From a virus: DNA of 64,000 bases. The notes under the pieces were generated by a model that did no database searches, was not told where the DNA came from, and saw only the letters and a program-made list of their open reading frames with translations. The DNA lies in IMG/VR virus record IMGVR_UViG_3300049259_000288, positions 1 to 64,000 of that record; one strand, written 5' to 3'. A program made the position numbers and the translations under genes. The first letter of the stretch is position 1, and each line of letters opens with the position of its first letter. Of this stretch, positions 62,325 to 64,000 are shown in pieces.

Positions 62325-62697
62325 GGCCGCACGACTCAAGCGCGAGCGCCGAGCGCGCGGCACGGCCGACATCGAGGTCGTGTGCCCGGGGATGCTCGAG
62401 ATCCTCAGTGTTGGCAAGGGCGACATCAAGCTCACGATCGACGGCAGCAACGAGGGCGAGGTCAACGACGCCCGCACGATCATCGAGGAGATGCTGGCCA
62501 AGGGCTACGGCATCTTCGTGGAGACTGACAAGGGGCTGACGCGCGTCAAGAAGTTCAATCCCAAGCGCATGACCTACGTGATCTCGGAAGTCGTCGAGAA
62601 CGCCGAGGAAAAGCCGCTCGGCAAGCGCACGCGCGAGAAGCACGTTCCTGTCGCCGGCACGAAGGCCAAGGCCATTGGCAGGACGGCGGGCGGATGA
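62317..62697 (+). CDS. hypothetical protein ending in Gly-Gly
   Basis: AGGAGG RBS; GDIKL...KGY.IFV...FNP...AGG-stop. Confidence 0.75.
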   Translation: MGKAARLKRERRARGTADIEVVCPGMLEILSVGKGDIKLTIDGSNEGEVNDARTIIEEMLAKGYGIFVETDKGLTRVKKFNPKRMTYVISEVVENAEEKPLGKRTREKHVPVAGTKAKAIGRTAGG

Positions 62698-62831
62698 TGT
62701 TCCGGCTCTCGATTTGGCGGCACAAGCGACGTGGTCACACCCAGACGTGGAGCCGCGTCACGATCCCGGTGACGTCGCCCGACCGCGGTGACCTCGTCCG
62801 GTGCTCGTGCGGCGAGGTGTGGACCCGATGA
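62694..62831 (+). CDS. small hypothetical protein
   Basis: ATGA overlaps on both sides; H..CSC. Confidence 0.45.
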   Translation: MMFRLSIWRHKRRGHTQTWSRVTIPVTSPDRGDLVRCSCGEVWTR

Positions 62832-63637
62832 CCGACGTCTCGACGTACATGCGCCAGGCCCGTGCCCGCCGCGGTGTCGACCCGCGCCAGAAGGACGGCT
62901 GGACCTGGGATGAGTCCCGGGCGTGGATCGACGCGCTCTCCGATCACGTCGGCGAGTGGCAGGGCATCCCCATCCCGCTCGGTGCGGACAACCCGCTGGT
63001 CCTCGCCGAGGGCCACCCGCTGCGCGACTTTTACGCCAAGGAGCTCGGCCAGGCTGACCTGACCGACGTGGACATCATCGTCGCTGGCGGCGAGGTGCCC
63101 GAGGACGAGGAGATTGTCAACACCTGGTTCTCCCGGAGGCGCAACGCCCAGGTGTACGTGGCCCGCGGCGGCGGCCGCTACTACGCGTTCGTCGTGCCGG
63201 TTTCCCCGGACCGCTCCATGGATCGCCTGACCTTCTGGCTGCAGACGATCGGCTCGGCCGACGCGTGGGACCTCGAGGCTGAGTACCGGGCCCGCGACAC
63301 GCTGCGGGCCATGCTCACTGAGCGCCAGTGGATGCACTACGACCTCACCGGCTGCTTCTTCGAGACGTCTCCGCGCTCTCGCGTCACCTACGTGTTCCGC
63401 CGGCTGCGCCCAACGCTCGCGCTGAGCCCTCGCGGCAGGGATGGGCGCGTGGGCAACATGCTCTGCCTTGCCGTGCTCTGCCTGCATCCGATCGGCTACT
63501 ACGCGAACAGCTGGGCGGGCTGCATGGTGCCGAGCGACGACGTGATCGCGCACCTCAGCTGGATGCGTGGGGATGAAGCAGCGTTCTGGAAGCACGCCAA
63601 CCAGCACGACCCGGCTTCGCCCGAGGCCGGCATCTGA
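62828..63637 (+). CDS. hypothetical protein
   Basis: AE.RA..L...Q...Y...G.F...LCLHP...DD......DE..F...AN. Confidence 0.75.
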   Translation: MTDVSTYMRQARARRGVDPRQKDGWTWDESRAWIDALSDHVGEWQGIPIPLGADNPLVLAEGHPLRDFYAKELGQADLTDVDIIVAGGEVPEDEEIVNTWFSRRRNAQVYVARGGGRYYAFVVPVSPDRSMDRLTFWLQTIGSADAWDLEAEYRARDTLRAMLTERQWMHYDLTGCFFETSPRSRVTYVFRRLRPTLALSPRGRDGRVGNMLCLAVLCLHPIGYYANSWAGCMVPSDDVIAHLSWMRGDEAAFWKHANQHDPASPEAGI

Positions 63638-63834
63638 TGGCCGAGACGTTCCTCTGTTCCTGCGGCGCAGCGGCAAAGGCATCCGGCTACCCGCCCGCCC
63701 AGGCGGAGGCGATCATCGCCGAGCTTCGACGCATCCACGTCGAGGACGAGGGCCACCATGAGGTGGAACCGAAGGAACACAAGCGGATCCGCGAGCGTCA
63801 GCGCCGCGATGAGATCAAGGGGCTCTATGGCTGA
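63637..63834 (+). CDS. hypothetical protein
   Basis: TGATG overlap; CSC..H...GH. Confidence 0.55.
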   Translation: MAETFLCSCGAAAKASGYPPAQAEAIIAELRRIHVEDEGHHEVEPKEHKRIRERQRRDEIKGLYG

Positions 63835-63988
63835 GCGATGCAAGGTGACCTATCCCGACGACGCGACCGTGCAGTGCCTCAAGAAGGCCGACGAGCCCGG
63901 CACCGGCAAGCACGAGCACTACGGCAAGGACTCACAGGGCTTCGAGTACACGTGGCGCGACGTGCCGACAGGTGGCTTCGATGCCTGA
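63827..63988 (+). CDS. hypothetical protein
   Basis: C...C...H.H...W. Confidence 0.5.
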   Translation: MAERCKVTYPDDATVQCLKKADEPGTGKHEHYGKDSQGFEYTWRDVPTGGFDA

Positions 63989-64000
63989 CGATGACGCAGC

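Noticed and set aside
1-64000. Integrase/att site, CRISPR array, DGR or retron reverse transcriptase, rRNA, intein
   Set aside because: No supporting motifs seen by eye in this window; lifestyle cannot be determined

Overview
This window is part of a large, high-GC tailed (siphovirus-type) bacteriophage genome, most plausibly infecting an actinobacterium. A repeat family inserted in the tail hub points to Acidimicrobiia. Layout: (i) 1-6.8 kb, a leftward operon (HU, HerA/DUF87-type ATPase, TPM-like and LemA-like membrane proteins, many small ORFs); (ii) 6.9-15.2 kb, a rightward operon with a MazG-like protein, probable TerS, an HTH protein, TerL and a FliA/WhiG (sigma-28) sigma factor; (iii) 15.2-20.9 kb, a minus-strand array of 39 tRNAs covering all 20 amino acids, with HNH and GIY-YIG endonucleases and several non-tRNA structured elements, including a circularly permuted tRNA-like (YrlA Y-RNA-like) RNA; (iv) 24-28 kb, five glycosyltransferases plus a methyltransferase; (v) 28-56 kb, head and tail genes (portal, protease fused to a 2H phosphoesterase, scaffold, major capsid, tail tube, -1 frameshifted chaperone, tape measure, hub, Kelch and LamG tail proteins); (vi) a holin-type membrane module with no recognisable endolysin, then small genes and an amino-methyltransferase. 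The most striking system is a phage-encoded sigma-28 together with six exact copies of TGAA-N16-GCCGAT upstream of late transcription units, five of them apparently leaderless. A second promoter class, YGTCAC-N10-TANNNT, occurs three times. All protein calls come from reading motifs by eye; no database searches or folding programs were run.
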